Counted from the stretch's first letter, positions 1 to 10,412 are shown. The stretch is 64,000 nt of DNA from a virus (IMGVR_UViG_3300047469_000103:236332-300331); one strand, 5' to 3'. The notes: a model not told the origin generated them from the letters alone. Numbers and translations: made by a program.

Positions 1-1275
1 CATCGAATAACGAGGGATGTTTACCATTTTGATTGCACGTTCGTTGCTGTACGACGGAACGCCTTTACGGGTTGCCGCAACTTTCGCACGAATTACTTGA
101 CCGATGTAAACCGAGAACCACGCGTTGGTGCGGCTCAGGTTTGGACGCTCGCTGTCTTCGGTCTGGCTGACGTAATGCGCAATGTCAGATTCCAAAGTAA
201 AGCGAATCGAAGTCCGCAAAACGAGGTTCATCAATTCAGCTTCAGGTGCGAGTTTTGCAGTGCCACTATTCAGAATGGTTTCGACCATCGAATTGTTGGC
301 AGCAGCTTCACCCATGCGGGCCTGATTGCGTGCATCAGCAGCAGCTTCAACAGCTTTTTCCGAAGGCATTTTCATAACTTCAACTTGCAGGAATTGTTCC
401 GCAAGGTGATTGGTTACGTCCATATCCGTGATGATGGATTTCGGCAGTTTAAAACCGGTGTGCTTTGTCCAGATATCTTCAATGTCGGTGAACTTGGTAT
501 TTACCGACAGGCCACGGTGCATCACACGTTCGGAAATTGCAGCAGAACCGAACAGGAAAATCGTGATTTCTTTTGCAGCGGCCAGAATGTTTTCACCGAA
601 CGGAGACTGCCAGCGACCGCGACGATGCGATTCAACGAAATAATGTTGAGCGCCATTGTTCGCGAGCAAATCACCTTGGCCCATGTTCGCATCATCCGTA
701 CCGAAATACGGTGCAGGTACATGGTCTGCACGAACGTCGGTGCCGGTGCCATTCAGCACGATATCAATACCGTTGTTGTAACGCTTCGAACGATAGATAT
801 TGTGGAAAGCAGATTGCGACATACGAATTGCGCGGAGGAAACCAACAACTGCGCTTTTTACGGATGCTTCGTCACGCTTGCGCTGCATGGTGTCGTAGAA
901 CAAACGCTCTACACGATCCTTTGCAGCCTGTTCGTCCATACCCGAAATGTAGTTCGCGTCAGCCATGCACGCGCGCATGAAACGGAAAAACAAGTTGATA
1001 TTCGACGTTACGTCACTGAGGGATTCCAGAATTGCCACGAGGAATTGACGATCACTCGGGTAAAAGAAACCTTCATATTCCGCATTGCGATCCGACTCAA
1101 GATTTACCGGTCGAATCGAACGGACAAATTCCGACTCTTCGTTGGCTTCGTCTTCTTCGTCGTCAGCACTTGCACGAGCGATTGCGAGTTCGTCCGCATA
1201 TTCCTGTTCGTAAGCAGCGTGAAGACGCATTGCTTCTGTGATGGAATTTTCACGCCACACAATTTGTCGATTCAT
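1..1275 (-). CDS. hypothetical protein, partial (runs off left edge); absent from ORF track
   Basis: Manual translation: ATG at 1275 overlaps the TGA of the upstream gene (ATGA); 425 codons open to position 1 (MNRQIVWRENSITEAMRLHAAYEQ...). The + strand ORF 97-1308 is its antisense shadow. Confidence 0.8.
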   Translation of the reverse strand, partial: MNRQIVWRENSITEAMRLHAAYEQEYADELAIARASADDEEDEANEESEFVRSIRPVNLESDRNAEYEGFFYPSDRQFLVAILESLSDVTSNINLFFRFMRACMADANYISGMDEQAAKDRVERLFYDTMQRKRDEASVKSAVVGFLRAIRMSQSAFHNIYRSKRYNNGIDIVLNGTGTDVRADHVPAPYFGTDDANMGQGDLLANNGAQHYFVESHRRGRWQSPFGENILAAAKEITIFLFGSAAISERVMHRGLSVNTKFTDIEDIWTKHTGFKLPKSIITDMDVTNHLAEQFLQVEVMKMPSEKAVEAAADARNQARMGEAAANNSMVETILNSGTAKLAPEAELMNLVLRTSIRFTLESDIAHYVSQTEDSERPNLSRTNAWFSVYIGQVIRAKVAATRKGVPSYSNERAIKMVNIPRYSM

Positions 1276-1688
1276 TCTGAAACCTCGTCGAGTTCCCCAT
1301 CGCACTGAATAACAGCGGCCCACAGTGGGTTGGGTTCTTGTTTCTGGTCAACAGCGCAACGCATCAGCGCTTGGCAAAGGGCTACACGAATAAATGGATC
1401 GGGTTCATCCAGTAATGTCGTGCGGTGATAGTAATCGTACAGATTGAAATAAATCTGTTTGGAAAGCGGCTCGTACAAATCATCAACCGCTTTCTTCATA
1501 TCGAAGGTAGGCTGTTTACGATCCGGCAAATAGGATGAATATTCTTGATCGGCCAAATCTTGAATATCGTTGCGGGCGACGTTCGCAAGGTCTTGGATTG
1601 CCTGTAGCTTTGTGGCCGGGTCGGCATCACCTTTGCTGATAACCGCCAGAATGGAATTCAACCCATTCAACGCGCTTTGAACTGTCAT
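1272..1688 (-). CDS. hypothetical protein
   Basis: ORF; start moved to MTVQS (1688), which gives an ATGA overlap with the upstream gene. Confidence 0.7.
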   Translation of the reverse strand: MTVQSALNGLNSILAVISKGDADPATKLQAIQDLANVARNDIQDLADQEYSSYLPDRKQPTFDMKKAVDDLYEPLSKQIYFNLYDYYHRTTLLDEPDPFIRVALCQALMRCAVDQKQEPNPLWAAVIQCDGELDEVSE

Positions 1689-2368
1689 CGAAAATCTCCG
1701 ATTGAAGCTCGACGCCAAACGGCGAAAAGCTGTTTATCTAAGTTTGGATACATGGGAATTGTGTTGTCAAAATAAAGCTCGTATTTCAACACGAGGAAAT
1801 CGTTTTTCAACCGTGCAATTTTGACTCGCATGTCCGAGTTAAGAATCACGCTAACTTCCATTGACTCGCGCACCTTATCGGCACGTGGAGGAAAACGATC
1901 AGCGTAAACCGTTTTCTTTTCACCCGCGTGCATTTTCACACGCGACGAAAGTTTCAATTCCTCGGGCAATGTTTTGAATACTTTCAGTTCGACTAATCGA
2001 CGCAGAAGGTAATCAAGTTCGAATCGTTGCGGCTTCAGTTTCACTGTACCGCGAATGGTGAATCCGTTTACAACATTTACCAATTCATCGGCATTCCAAA
2101 CGAATTCAAACTGGTGCTGCACGGGCAAAAGGTGATACAAAAGAAACTTTGAATGCACCTGTTTGGCGAAGGCTTGATACTGCTTATTTACAGTAAAAAA
2201 GTCAGCCAACAATTTCTTGGTTTTTACTTTAACACCGGCTTGCTGCAAAAGAATGCGAAAACATTCACCCAATACAAGCGGTTCAAGTTTGCTTGTACGG
2301 GGCAGCTCTAAAAACGCCTCCCATGATCCTTGAAAATCGTCGCTAATATCGGATGGCATTTTCATCAT
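1685..2368 (-). CDS. hypothetical protein
   Basis: 227-aa ORF coupled by 4-nt overlaps on both sides. Confidence 0.75.
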   Translation of the reverse strand: MMKMPSDISDDFQGSWEAFLELPRTSKLEPLVLGECFRILLQQAGVKVKTKKLLADFFTVNKQYQAFAKQVHSKFLLYHLLPVQHQFEFVWNADELVNVVNGFTIRGTVKLKPQRFELDYLLRRLVELKVFKTLPEELKLSSRVKMHAGEKKTVYADRFPPRADKVRESMEVSVILNSDMRVKIARLKNDFLVLKYELYFDNTIPMYPNLDKQLFAVWRRASIGDFR

Positions 2369-2691
2369 TTCTTTTTCGCCAAGATCAAATGTTTAGCGGC
2401 TGCATGTCCCGGTCGCTTGGAATGGCAATCGGCACACAGAGTCCAAAGGTTACTCATGGTTGTTTGTCCGCCGCGTGCTGCCGGTCGAATATGATCGACT
2501 TGCAGATTTGTTTTGCACGGACATTTTCGGCACGTGTGATTATCACGAGCCAGAACTTTTTCACGTACTGCCATCCAATCCCAACGCTCGCCGTAAACTT
2601 GTACGGACGTGCGCCGAACCTTGGCAACAACAGCAGGTTTTTTCGTGACGCTTTTCGCCTTGAAAGGTTTAATGCGTTTTGGTGTGGTCAT
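2365..2691 (-). CDS. HNH endonuclease with Lys-rich N-terminus
   Basis: CRKC...LQVDHIRPAARGG...SNLWTLCADCHSKR is a classic Zn-binding HNH motif. Confidence 0.9.
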   Translation of the reverse strand: MTTPKRIKPFKAKSVTKKPAVVAKVRRTSVQVYGERWDWMAVREKVLARDNHTCRKCPCKTNLQVDHIRPAARGGQTTMSNLWTLCADCHSKRPGHAAAKHLILAKKK

Positions 2692-3497
2692 AGCAGAACC
2701 TTCCGCGCCCGGTCGAGTGCCAAGCCGTATTCTGACTGGAGGTTATCTGCGCATTCAGCCAAAGTATTTTTCAACTTCTTTTGAATCTCTAGGCGCATGT
2801 CCGAGTCTTTAACGAATTTCGAAACGGCACCGTCAATGTGGAAATACAGGTCGGTCAGCGACTGCGCCACAACCATTTGGTATGGCCGCATTACAATGCT
2901 TTCCAATTCAGCAATTTGTGCGCTGATATCCCGTGTGGCTCGCAGGTCGGCAATGACTTCGCGAATCTGCGAATAAATAACGTTTAGTGCGTAAACGTCT
3001 TTGTTGTAAATCCGATCTTCCATCTGCTCTTCGAAACGACCAGCCAGAGAAATCAGATTTTCGAATATGCGGCGTGACTCGGCATCGAATTCATCGACAA
3101 CCGGAGGCAATTCTACGAACACTTCGACAGCATCGAGAACTTGTTGTTTGCCCTTCGCCTTTTTCTTCAGTGCTGCACTTCCGGCGACTTTTGGGATTAC
3201 CGCCAGTTCGGTTTTCACCGACTTTTTCTTTTCTTTGATACGTTCGACCGTACCTTCGATTGTTACCGGGGTCTTGCGCTTTTTCTTTTTCAGTTCACTG
3301 CCTTTCTTGTACGTGTTGTCTTCAATCACAATGACTTCACGTTCAACTTTTTTCTTCTTTTTCTTCGTCTTCAGAATAGAAGAACCGCGACCGCCACCAT
3401 CATCGGCATCCTTGTTGCGGAATTTACCGCGTTCATCAATGTCGCCGCCCTGTCCACCACTTACGCGGTGAATGGAATCCCCACTATTCTTTTTCAT
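2688..3497 (-). CDS. hypothetical protein, Lys-rich N-half and helical C-half (possible terminase small subunit, weak)
   Basis: 269-aa ORF; poly-K tracts followed by amphipathic helices; adjacent to HNH. Confidence 0.6.
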   Translation of the reverse strand: MKKNSGDSIHRVSGGQGGDIDERGKFRNKDADDGGGRGSSILKTKKKKKKVEREVIVIEDNTYKKGSELKKKKRKTPVTIEGTVERIKEKKKSVKTELAVIPKVAGSAALKKKAKGKQQVLDAVEVFVELPPVVDEFDAESRRIFENLISLAGRFEEQMEDRIYNKDVYALNVIYSQIREVIADLRATRDISAQIAELESIVMRPYQMVVAQSLTDLYFHIDGAVSKFVKDSDMRLEIQKKLKNTLAECADNLQSEYGLALDRARKVLL

Positions 3498-3519
3498 ATT
3501 TCCCCCGGCTTAAATCGGC

Positions 3520-3542
3520 AAAAGGGGGCACGTGGCCCCCTT
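3520..3542 (-). terminator. intrinsic terminator
   Basis: Minus strand AAGGGGGCC-ACG-TGCCCCC-TTTT just after the stop at 3561. Confidence 0.75.
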
Positions 3543-3560
3543 CTGTTTATTGCGTGTTAT

Positions 3561-4403
3561 TTACATCCAAACGTGGGCGCGTACACGCTCCATGAATTTT
3601 TCGTAGTAGGCCGGACGACGTGCAAAAACACGAGCGTAATAGGCGCTGATTTGGTCGATGTTCGGAGTTGCAGCGGTAGCGATTTCGTCTTCCGCGTCAG
3701 CTTCGATTTCGTGGTCAGCGGCTGCAATTACGATCATGTCGCGGTGCAGAGTTTCTTGCTGGCCGTTCGGGCGAACAACCTGAATATCAGTAGTCGGGCT
3801 ACCGTCTTCGTTGTCGATGGAAGCAACAGCAATACCGACGTTCAAATCGCAAGATTGCTGCGAAATGTAGGTAATCAAATCGCCACCGGTAACGGTTGCG
3901 CGTGCTTGTGCGGTATCAGCACCAACGTTCGCATTTACGAAATCGTTGTGGTCAACAGAAGCACAGGCCAGCAATTGCTGCATAACCAGATGGTCGTCAG
4001 CAACAGCGGATTTAACCAGAACTTCACCGGTCGCAGTTTTGCGCAGTGCCCACAGGCATTCGGTATCGTCCATGAACATATTTGCAGCAACGGCTTTGTA
4101 AGCGCCGCGATTTTCGTCGGTCAGCACAATACGTTCGGCAACAACGCCGACGATGCCTTCGAAAATGTGGGTACGTGCATCGCTAGCGAGCGAAACAAAC
4201 GAACCAACAACAGGCGTGATATGTGCGAATTGTTTTTTGATACCGGCGAACACTTGTTCTTTGGTAGCAGCAACGGAAGCGGTTGCGATGATACGCATGA
4301 AACGATCATCAACTTGATACGCTTCACGAATATTTACTTCAGTGGCTTCAGATTTGACGTTGTGGGCCAAAGCCGATTGCGCACGATTGAGGGAAAAAGT
4401 CAT
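3561..4403 (-). CDS. putative virion structural protein
   Basis: 280-aa ORF with strongly biased codons, own terminator and ATAS motif; no family recognised. Confidence 0.6.
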   Translation of the reverse strand: MTFSLNRAQSALAHNVKSEATEVNIREAYQVDDRFMRIIATASVAATKEQVFAGIKKQFAHITPVVGSFVSLASDARTHIFEGIVGVVAERIVLTDENRGAYKAVAANMFMDDTECLWALRKTATGEVLVKSAVADDHLVMQQLLACASVDHNDFVNANVGADTAQARATVTGGDLITYISQQSCDLNVGIAVASIDNEDGSPTTDIQVVRPNGQQETLHRDMIVIAAADHEIEADAEDEIATAATPNIDQISAYYARVFARRPAYYEKFMERVRAHVWM

Positions 4404-4453
4404 TGTTTATCTCCAGTAGAGTAAGCCAAGTGTTACTCTTATTTAAATTAACT

Positions 4454-5668
4454 TTAGAAGAAATTGCGGAAGAATCCGCCAGTTGATCCACGACCGGGCA
4501 AACCCGGCAATCGAGTCATTGGTGTGTTTGAAACTCCGAGAATCCCGATTGCTTTACTGCTGTCGATGAATCCACCACCAGCAGAACCATCACCACTCAA
4601 AACACCGGCTCGGCCTAACAACTTCTTGAGAGGTTTTACAACACTTTCTATTTCCGCATCGAGTCGGCCCAAAGCACTTTCCAATGCTGGCGTTCGGTCA
4701 ACGTTTAAGCTAACCGTTTGCCCACCGAAATCGAATGCTAATGCGCCTTCAGCTTGAATCTGTGCGCCTAATGCGTAAATGGCAGAACACGTCAGCCATG
4801 CACCCATTAATGGCCCCTGCATATTCGTGCCGGTGAAGCTCGAAATGTTTGGTTGCAGGGAGTTAAACATATTCAAACCACGTGACAAAGATTCCATCAA
4901 ATCGGATTGTGTGTATTCCAATTCGGGAATAATGTTCGCGATTCGCGCCCGGTTAATAAAATCCTCAAGCTGGCGCGCAGCCATAAGGATTTGCGGAGTT
5001 ACCGCCCACACTTTATACGACAGTGTGCTACTTGCCAGTTTGCGCGTTGGTGTGTGTTCTACAAGCATTGTCAGCGGTGACATTTGCGGAGTGCCGACGA
5101 CTGCGGGCATATCAATAACGGTGCGATTTTTCATCGCTTCGATATTAATTCCTTGATCCTCGACGTTCCAGTTTTCGTAGACCGCTCGGTTGTTGAAGTA
5201 AAGCGACAGAGTTAACTTATCACCTTCGACTTCTTTTCGTGCTTTTGTACCCTTTGCCAAATTGGCAGGCACTGCGGCGACTGGGGCTTTGTAGGAAATC
5301 GGCAGGGTTAATTGCATACGCGAATCACGTCCGCAAACAATCACGATATCCGATTCACGGCCAAGCGTTGCAGGCTCGACAGTGATAGAAGTTCGTGCCT
5401 GATAATTCCCGTCTTGTCCCTCGTAAGTCCACCGCGCAAACAATTCAACAGCGTCACGCAAATTCATGTTTGGAATTGGAAGGTCAGCCATCCAATTACC
5501 GGGCATTGTCGCGTGAGGTTTTGCGTAAACTTCTGCGATTACAGAACGGTCGGTGTCGAATAATCGAACCAACGGCGCCGGGGAGTTATCCGACGGCAAG
5601 ACTGGATCGTCAAACGCATCGAAAAACTCTTCCGTAATCGTACACGTTTGACCTTCGTATACGTTCAT
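4454..5668 (-). CDS. putative neck / head-tail adaptor protein
   Basis: C-terminal helical part with AFDFGGQTVSLNVDR resembles jumbo-phage neck (gp13-like) proteins; recognised from memory. Confidence 0.5.
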   Translation of the reverse strand: MNVYEGQTCTITEEFFDAFDDPVLPSDNSPAPLVRLFDTDRSVIAEVYAKPHATMPGNWMADLPIPNMNLRDAVELFARWTYEGQDGNYQARTSITVEPATLGRESDIVIVCGRDSRMQLTLPISYKAPVAAVPANLAKGTKARKEVEGDKLTLSLYFNNRAVYENWNVEDQGINIEAMKNRTVIDMPAVVGTPQMSPLTMLVEHTPTRKLASSTLSYKVWAVTPQILMAARQLEDFINRARIANIIPELEYTQSDLMESLSRGLNMFNSLQPNISSFTGTNMQGPLMGAWLTCSAIYALGAQIQAEGALAFDFGGQTVSLNVDRTPALESALGRLDAEIESVVKPLKKLLGRAGVLSGDGSAGGGFIDSSKAIGILGVSNTPMTRLPGLPGRGSTGGFFRNFF

Positions 5669-6564
5669 TCGATTATCCCTTTCGACAAATTCACAACCAA
5701 TGTTTCTACGTCGTGAATAAGCGATTCGTCAGCCGGTAGCAATGCGACCAGATCAGCTTCTTCAGGCTGCACCATGTTCTGCAAATAACGCAGGATGAAT
5801 TGGCGCAAATGTTCCTGCACCTCTTCTTCATATTGCGCGTAATACTTGCTGCGCTGTCGCATGGGCAGTTTGTCCGCAATGTACCGAACGTAATATTCAA
5901 TAAATTTCGGTGTCCATTCAACATGCAACAGGTCGGGCATTCTCTTCCAGAAATCCAATACATATTTCCAGTCCGTCATCGCCATATAAAACATGGCTTT
6001 CGGAATGGTGTAGTAGAGATATTTCCGAGTGACTTGCACGCCACCATGAAACTCTTTGATCGACCGAATCACAGCTTTGGTATAACCGCCAACAATGTCG
6101 TATAAATATCGCTGATCCCGAATCATCATCTGTTGCATGCGTGCAGCAGTGAGGATATTTAACGGAATGGAAATACTTATAAAATCATTTGAGCTTTCGG
6201 TGTCGTTTCCCCAAATCGCTGTGTAGCCGCGCAGCCAATAAACATGCTTTGCATTTCCCGGCCCGTTATTATCTCGTGTACGGGCGAAGGTGAACACAAG
6301 GCCGCTGCGCCGGACATTTTCGTCAGGCTCCGAAACCAATCCCACACTGGTATGCGTGTATTGTGAATAAACGTTAACCAGTGTGAAACTCGTTTTCAAA
6401 ATAAATGCTAGCGGAGTCTTTCGCAGTTGCAATTCCAAGTAATCCAGAATTGCGCGAATATCAATGAGGTATCTATCGGTGTTGTACGTTGTAACGTACC
6501 GATCCCCGCCGTAGGGCCATGCGGATAAACGAAAGTCTAACCGCATTGGCGCGTGAATATACAA
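5665..6564 (-). CDS. hypothetical protein
   Basis: 299-aa ORF coupled to neighbours. Confidence 0.75.
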   Translation of the reverse strand: MYIHAPMRLDFRLSAWPYGGDRYVTTYNTDRYLIDIRAILDYLELQLRKTPLAFILKTSFTLVNVYSQYTHTSVGLVSEPDENVRRSGLVFTFARTRDNNGPGNAKHVYWLRGYTAIWGNDTESSNDFISISIPLNILTAARMQQMMIRDQRYLYDIVGGYTKAVIRSIKEFHGGVQVTRKYLYYTIPKAMFYMAMTDWKYVLDFWKRMPDLLHVEWTPKFIEYYVRYIADKLPMRQRSKYYAQYEEEVQEHLRQFILRYLQNMVQPEEADLVALLPADESLIHDVETLVVNLSKGIIE

Positions 6565-6565
6565 C

Positions 6566-7765
6566 TTAATCCTTGAGGGTCAAGCTGTAGGTATGCACGC
6601 CCGGATCAATGGTGCGCAGAGTCGGCGTGTATTCTTTATTCAGCATGCGTTTAATCGACGGAATTGCGCCCATCACACGCAGAACTTGAGCCTGAATTTC
6701 CCGATCATTATCAGGATATTCGATTGTCACTTCGGTGCTGTCAACGTTAACGCCGGTAACGCCTTCGATTGCAGAAAGACGCGTGGTAACTTCGGTGGCG
6801 TCGAGGTCGAGTTCTACCGGGGCGGCGAACGCTACAACGTCAGCGACTGCGAATTTACGCGGCATTACTTTGTCGAGTTCTTTTGCGAGTGCAGCAGTGT
6901 CGTTTCCTTTCAGTTCGGAACCGATGGAATACAAACCCGGCAGACCGACTTTATCGTGGATCGAAACATACGCTTTCATTTCGAATGCGTCGTCGGTTGG
7001 CGTCAGGCGTGCGGTAACAACCACAACCTTTGCACGACCAACAACACCGGCTGCGGGCCAGTGGCTGATATCGCAGTTCAACACGAAATCCATCACGTCG
7101 TTTTTGATACCGACGTTAATGTAATAATCCAGTTCGGCATCGCTGAAATACGGAGGATCAATTTTCGCTTTCTTCGCTGCTTCAATTGCGGCGTCACGAG
7201 CTTTGATGTAATCCGCATCCAGACCATCGAAGTATTTCTGCACGCGTTTAAACAAATCACCAACGGCGTCCGGCATGTGATTGTCGGCAACGTCAGACAT
7301 GTTTTGCAGCGATTCAGTGTAGGCGTCGATCAGTGCATCACGCTCGCGATTCAAATTCGGCACGAGTTTATTCAGGCTTTTGTTTTCCGATTCGGAAAAA
7401 CGTTCGATCATCGCTTCCAGTTCGTCGATTGCTTGGCGAGAATCCAAACCGTCGATGTACTGTTTCAGAACACGCGGGCCGGGAGTATCGACCTTTTGAA
7501 CGATCAGACCAAAGCCAGCGTTTTTACCGCCTTTTTGTCCGCTGGTTTTTGTGTTCGTGCCTTTGCGACCGGACACGTCTGCAATAACGTCTTGATCCGA
7601 TGCGGTGGCGAGGTTTTTCTTACCGAATACTTTTCCTTTGAAAAGTTTCATCAGACTGGTGAACTTGGAAATCAGACGACGATACGCAGGCTTGCGTTTG
7701 TTGTAATATTTCAACAACTGTTCGTCGGTCATCTTTTTGAGGAAGGCAACGTTCTGTTTGCTCAT
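6566..7765 (-). CDS. putative virion structural protein
   Basis: 399-aa ORF with high-expression codon bias and ATAS motif after a basic N-terminal segment. Confidence 0.6.
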   Translation of the reverse strand: MSKQNVAFLKKMTDEQLLKYYNKRKPAYRRLISKFTSLMKLFKGKVFGKKNLATASDQDVIADVSGRKGTNTKTSGQKGGKNAGFGLIVQKVDTPGPRVLKQYIDGLDSRQAIDELEAMIERFSESENKSLNKLVPNLNRERDALIDAYTESLQNMSDVADNHMPDAVGDLFKRVQKYFDGLDADYIKARDAAIEAAKKAKIDPPYFSDAELDYYINVGIKNDVMDFVLNCDISHWPAAGVVGRAKVVVVTARLTPTDDAFEMKAYVSIHDKVGLPGLYSIGSELKGNDTAALAKELDKVMPRKFAVADVVAFAAPVELDLDATEVTTRLSAIEGVTGVNVDSTEVTIEYPDNDREIQAQVLRVMGAIPSIKRMLNKEYTPTLRTIDPGVHTYSLTLKD

Positions 7766-8778
7766 GATGGTTCCATAATTGTGTTGAGTTTTACTTTTTC
7801 ATCCTTGCTGACATTCAAGATTTTAGTCAGCTTACTCAGCGAGCGCGCATCATAGATTTTGCGCTTGCCGACGATGAACGAAATCATCCGGTTTTCACCG
7901 TACTGCGAGACGCGATGAATAATGTCAGTGTTTGGCAAATTCACAGCGCGCTTCAGATACGGGAGAACTTGAGCAAGGAATTTGTTAATGTCGTCAGGCT
8001 GCACAAAAGGTTTGAGAATAACGTTCAATTTATCGTCCGTTACTTCTACGTTCTGCACCATCTTTGACGCCAGCAGCGAATCGTCTTTCGGCTCGGGTTT
8101 ACCCACGTATTCGAAATCAGACAGATTGCCCATGATGTAGGTTTGCACGTCTTTTGCAGTGTCCACATTGGACTCTTCGGACGATACAAAAGGCGAGTCA
8201 GGAATAGACACGCGGTATTGCCCACCCATAAGCGAAAGCTTTACGGTGATTGGGCCAGAAACAAAACCGTTTTTATCCGTCACGCCATGATCTGTCCGAA
8301 AACAAATCATTTGATATTCAGGCAGACGAATATGCAGTTGCGTCGTCGGGCTGATACGCGAAAGAATGCGGTACACGGTTTCGGAAAGATACGACAAATG
8401 TTTATCCATACGGGATGCACATACGCCGTCGATCAAATCCATTACGGTCTTTTGAAACGACCGGATGTTTGTTTGCTGCGCGTTAATCATATTGAAACAA
8501 CGATCACGCTTTGAATCGGAAAACTCTTGTGCGACCGAACGGGCGCAGCGCAATTCAACCAACGAATCAACGCAAAATTGTAAGGCTTCCACGGCGTCCG
8601 ACACTTTCAAATATGGAAGCTTTTTCTGATTGAACTTCGATACCAAAACGCTAAAAGTCGTATTAATCTTTGACAATACGGTAATGACTTCATTCGCGTT
8701 TCGGGCGTTCTTTAAATCAATGACATTTGGATTGTCATCAATATACTTTGATTGTATTTGCAATGCTCGAACACCCAA
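7762..8778 (-). CDS. hypothetical protein (TTG start uncertain)
   Basis: 338-aa ORF with ATGA overlap to the next gene. Confidence 0.7.
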   Translation of the reverse strand: MGVRALQIQSKYIDDNPNVIDLKNARNANEVITVLSKINTTFSVLVSKFNQKKLPYLKVSDAVEALQFCVDSLVELRCARSVAQEFSDSKRDRCFNMINAQQTNIRSFQKTVMDLIDGVCASRMDKHLSYLSETVYRILSRISPTTQLHIRLPEYQMICFRTDHGVTDKNGFVSGPITVKLSLMGGQYRVSIPDSPFVSSEESNVDTAKDVQTYIMGNLSDFEYVGKPEPKDDSLLASKMVQNVEVTDDKLNVILKPFVQPDDINKFLAQVLPYLKRAVNLPNTDIIHRVSQYGENRMISFIVGKRKIYDARSLSKLTKILNVSKDEKVKLNTIMEPS

Positions 8779-8815
8779 ATAAGTGGATATACAATAAAAT
8801 TAGCGTCCAGATAGC

Positions 8816-8855
8816 AAAAAACCCGCCGATCCACTAGGGAAGGGCGGGTTTCTTT
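8816..8855 (-). terminator. intrinsic terminator (possibly bidirectional)
   Basis: AAACCCGCC...GGCGGGTTT stem flanked by A and T runs, downstream of the stop at 8880. Confidence 0.7.
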
Positions 8856-8879
8856 TATTGCAAAACAATCATTCAGCTA

Positions 8880-10316
8880 TTAACCGAACGAAGCTTTTTT
8901 GTTACCGGACTTCTTCGGAACAGCGCCACCTTTCGGTTTAGAGGCTGCTTTCGGAGCGGCCTTTGGAGCGGCCTTTGGAGCGGCTGCTTTTTTCACAGCG
9001 GCTTTAGTACCGGCTTTACCCGGTGCAGTTTTACCGGCTGGGGCTTTCAACGAAGTTTTGCTACCGTTGGAAGTTTTCTTGGCCGGTGCGGCTGCTTCGG
9101 TTTTTGGCTTGGCTGGACGGCCACGCTTTTTCGGAGCGGCTGCGGCTGGTGCGGCTTCGGTTTTTGGCTTGGCTGGACGGCCACGCTTTTTAGCCGGTGC
9201 TGCTGGTGCTGCGTCAGCTTTTGGTTTTGCAGGACGACCGCGTTTTTTGGCTGGAGCGGCTGGAGCAGCAGCTTCAGTTTTTGGTTTCGCTGGACGACCA
9301 CGTTTTTTCGCTACTGGAGCCGGTGCAGCAGCTTCAGTTTTTGGCTTGGCCGGACGACCGCGCTTTTTAGCGGCTGGAGCAGCAGCCGGGGCGGCAGCTT
9401 CAGTTTTTGGTTTTGCAGGACGACCGCGTTTTTTCGCAACTGGGGCCGGAGCGGCATCAGCTTTTGGTTTTGCAGGGCGACCGCGTTTTTTCGCTACTGG
9501 TGCAACTGGGGCAGCATCAGCTTTTGGCTTGGCTGGACGGCCACGCTTTTTGGCAGGTGCAGCTTCAGCGGCTGGGGCAGCAGCAGGGACTTTACGAGCT
9601 TTTTTCACAGCACCGCCGGTTTTGCCGAAGTGCTTAGTCGAAATAGCCGAAGTTTCTTTTGCAGCAGCTACTTTCGCAGCAGCGGCTTTCTTCGGATCAA
9701 TCGTTTTCAGACGCTTGCCTTTCTTGGAGATTGGCTTGGCGCTGAAATTGCCGATGAAGTCTTTCAGGCGGAAAACACCACGCTTGGCAGAAGCAGCTTT
9801 GATTTTGCCGAGAGTTTTCTGGTGAGTTTTCACCGCTTTCATACGCTCGCCAGCCAGAGTCTTACGCTCGGAAGCGTAACGTTGCTTTTCAGCAGCGCGC
9901 ATTTTCATACGAACGGCTGGGGCAACCTTGGCGGTACGGATTTTCATCAGTGCCTTTTTGTGGGCGCTGGAAACGGCTTGCGATTTTGCTTTCAGTTGGC
10001 CGCGAACGGATTTCTGAGCAGTAACAGCCTGACGTTTCTGTTCGGAAGCGTGCTTACCAGCGTGGCGCATTTTGCGGTTCTTTTTGTAGGCCGCAACAGC
10101 TTTTTTCGCTTCAGCTTCGGTAGCACCGTGACGCATGGCGCGAAGGAATACCACGTTTTCCAAGTGCGCCAGTTTTTCACCGTGCGACATGGTTTTGTAG
10201 CGGTTCTTCGACGCCTTGTTCAGCTTCGATTTGTTTTTGTTGCGGTATTGTTTGGCCTTTTTGGCGGCGATGCGCGCCTCGGGGCTTTTGTCCTTACGGA
10301 CGACTTTCGTGACCAT
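8880..10316 (-). CDS. histone H1/HMGA-like basic protein with 8 AT-hook repeats
   Basis: Eight copies of KKRGRPAKPK (AT-hook core RGRP) separated by Ala/Pro linkers; K/A/P-rich throughout. Confidence 0.85.
   Translation of the reverse strand: MVTKVVRKDKSPEARIAAKKAKQYRNKNKSKLNKASKNRYKTMSHGEKLAHLENVVFLRAMRHGATEAEAKKAVAAYKKNRKMRHAGKHASEQKRQAVTAQKSVRGQLKAKSQAVSSAHKKALMKIRTAKVAPAVRMKMRAAEKQRYASERKTLAGERMKAVKTHQKTLGKIKAASAKRGVFRLKDFIGNFSAKPISKKGKRLKTIDPKKAAAAKVAAAKETSAISTKHFGKTGGAVKKARKVPAAAPAAEAAPAKKRGRPAKPKADAAPVAPVAKKRGRPAKPKADAAPAPVAKKRGRPAKPKTEAAAPAAAPAAKKRGRPAKPKTEAAAPAPVAKKRGRPAKPKTEAAAPAAPAKKRGRPAKPKADAAPAAPAKKRGRPAKPKTEAAPAAAAPKKRGRPAKPKTEAAAPAKKTSNGSKTSLKAPAGKTAPGKAGTKAAVKKAAAPKAAPKAAPKAASKPKGGAVPKKSGNKKASFG
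9110..9555 (-). repeat. tandem imperfect ~55-65 nt repeats encoding the AT-hook units
   Basis: Recurring tttt(t)gg(c/t)tt(g/t)gc...gg(a/g)cg(g/a)cc(a/g)cg(c/t)tttt blocks. Confidence 0.85.
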
Positions 10317-10412
10317 CGGAGCATCCTCGATTATAGGGTTTTGGTAGTTGGCCTACAATCGTAGCGCCACGATGTACCAACTAATAATAAATTAGTATTA
10401 TCGCGGATTTAA

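Noticed and set aside
97-1308. 403-aa + strand ORF
   Set aside because: It is the antisense shadow of the real minus-strand gene 1-1275, which the track missed because it has no stop inside the window.
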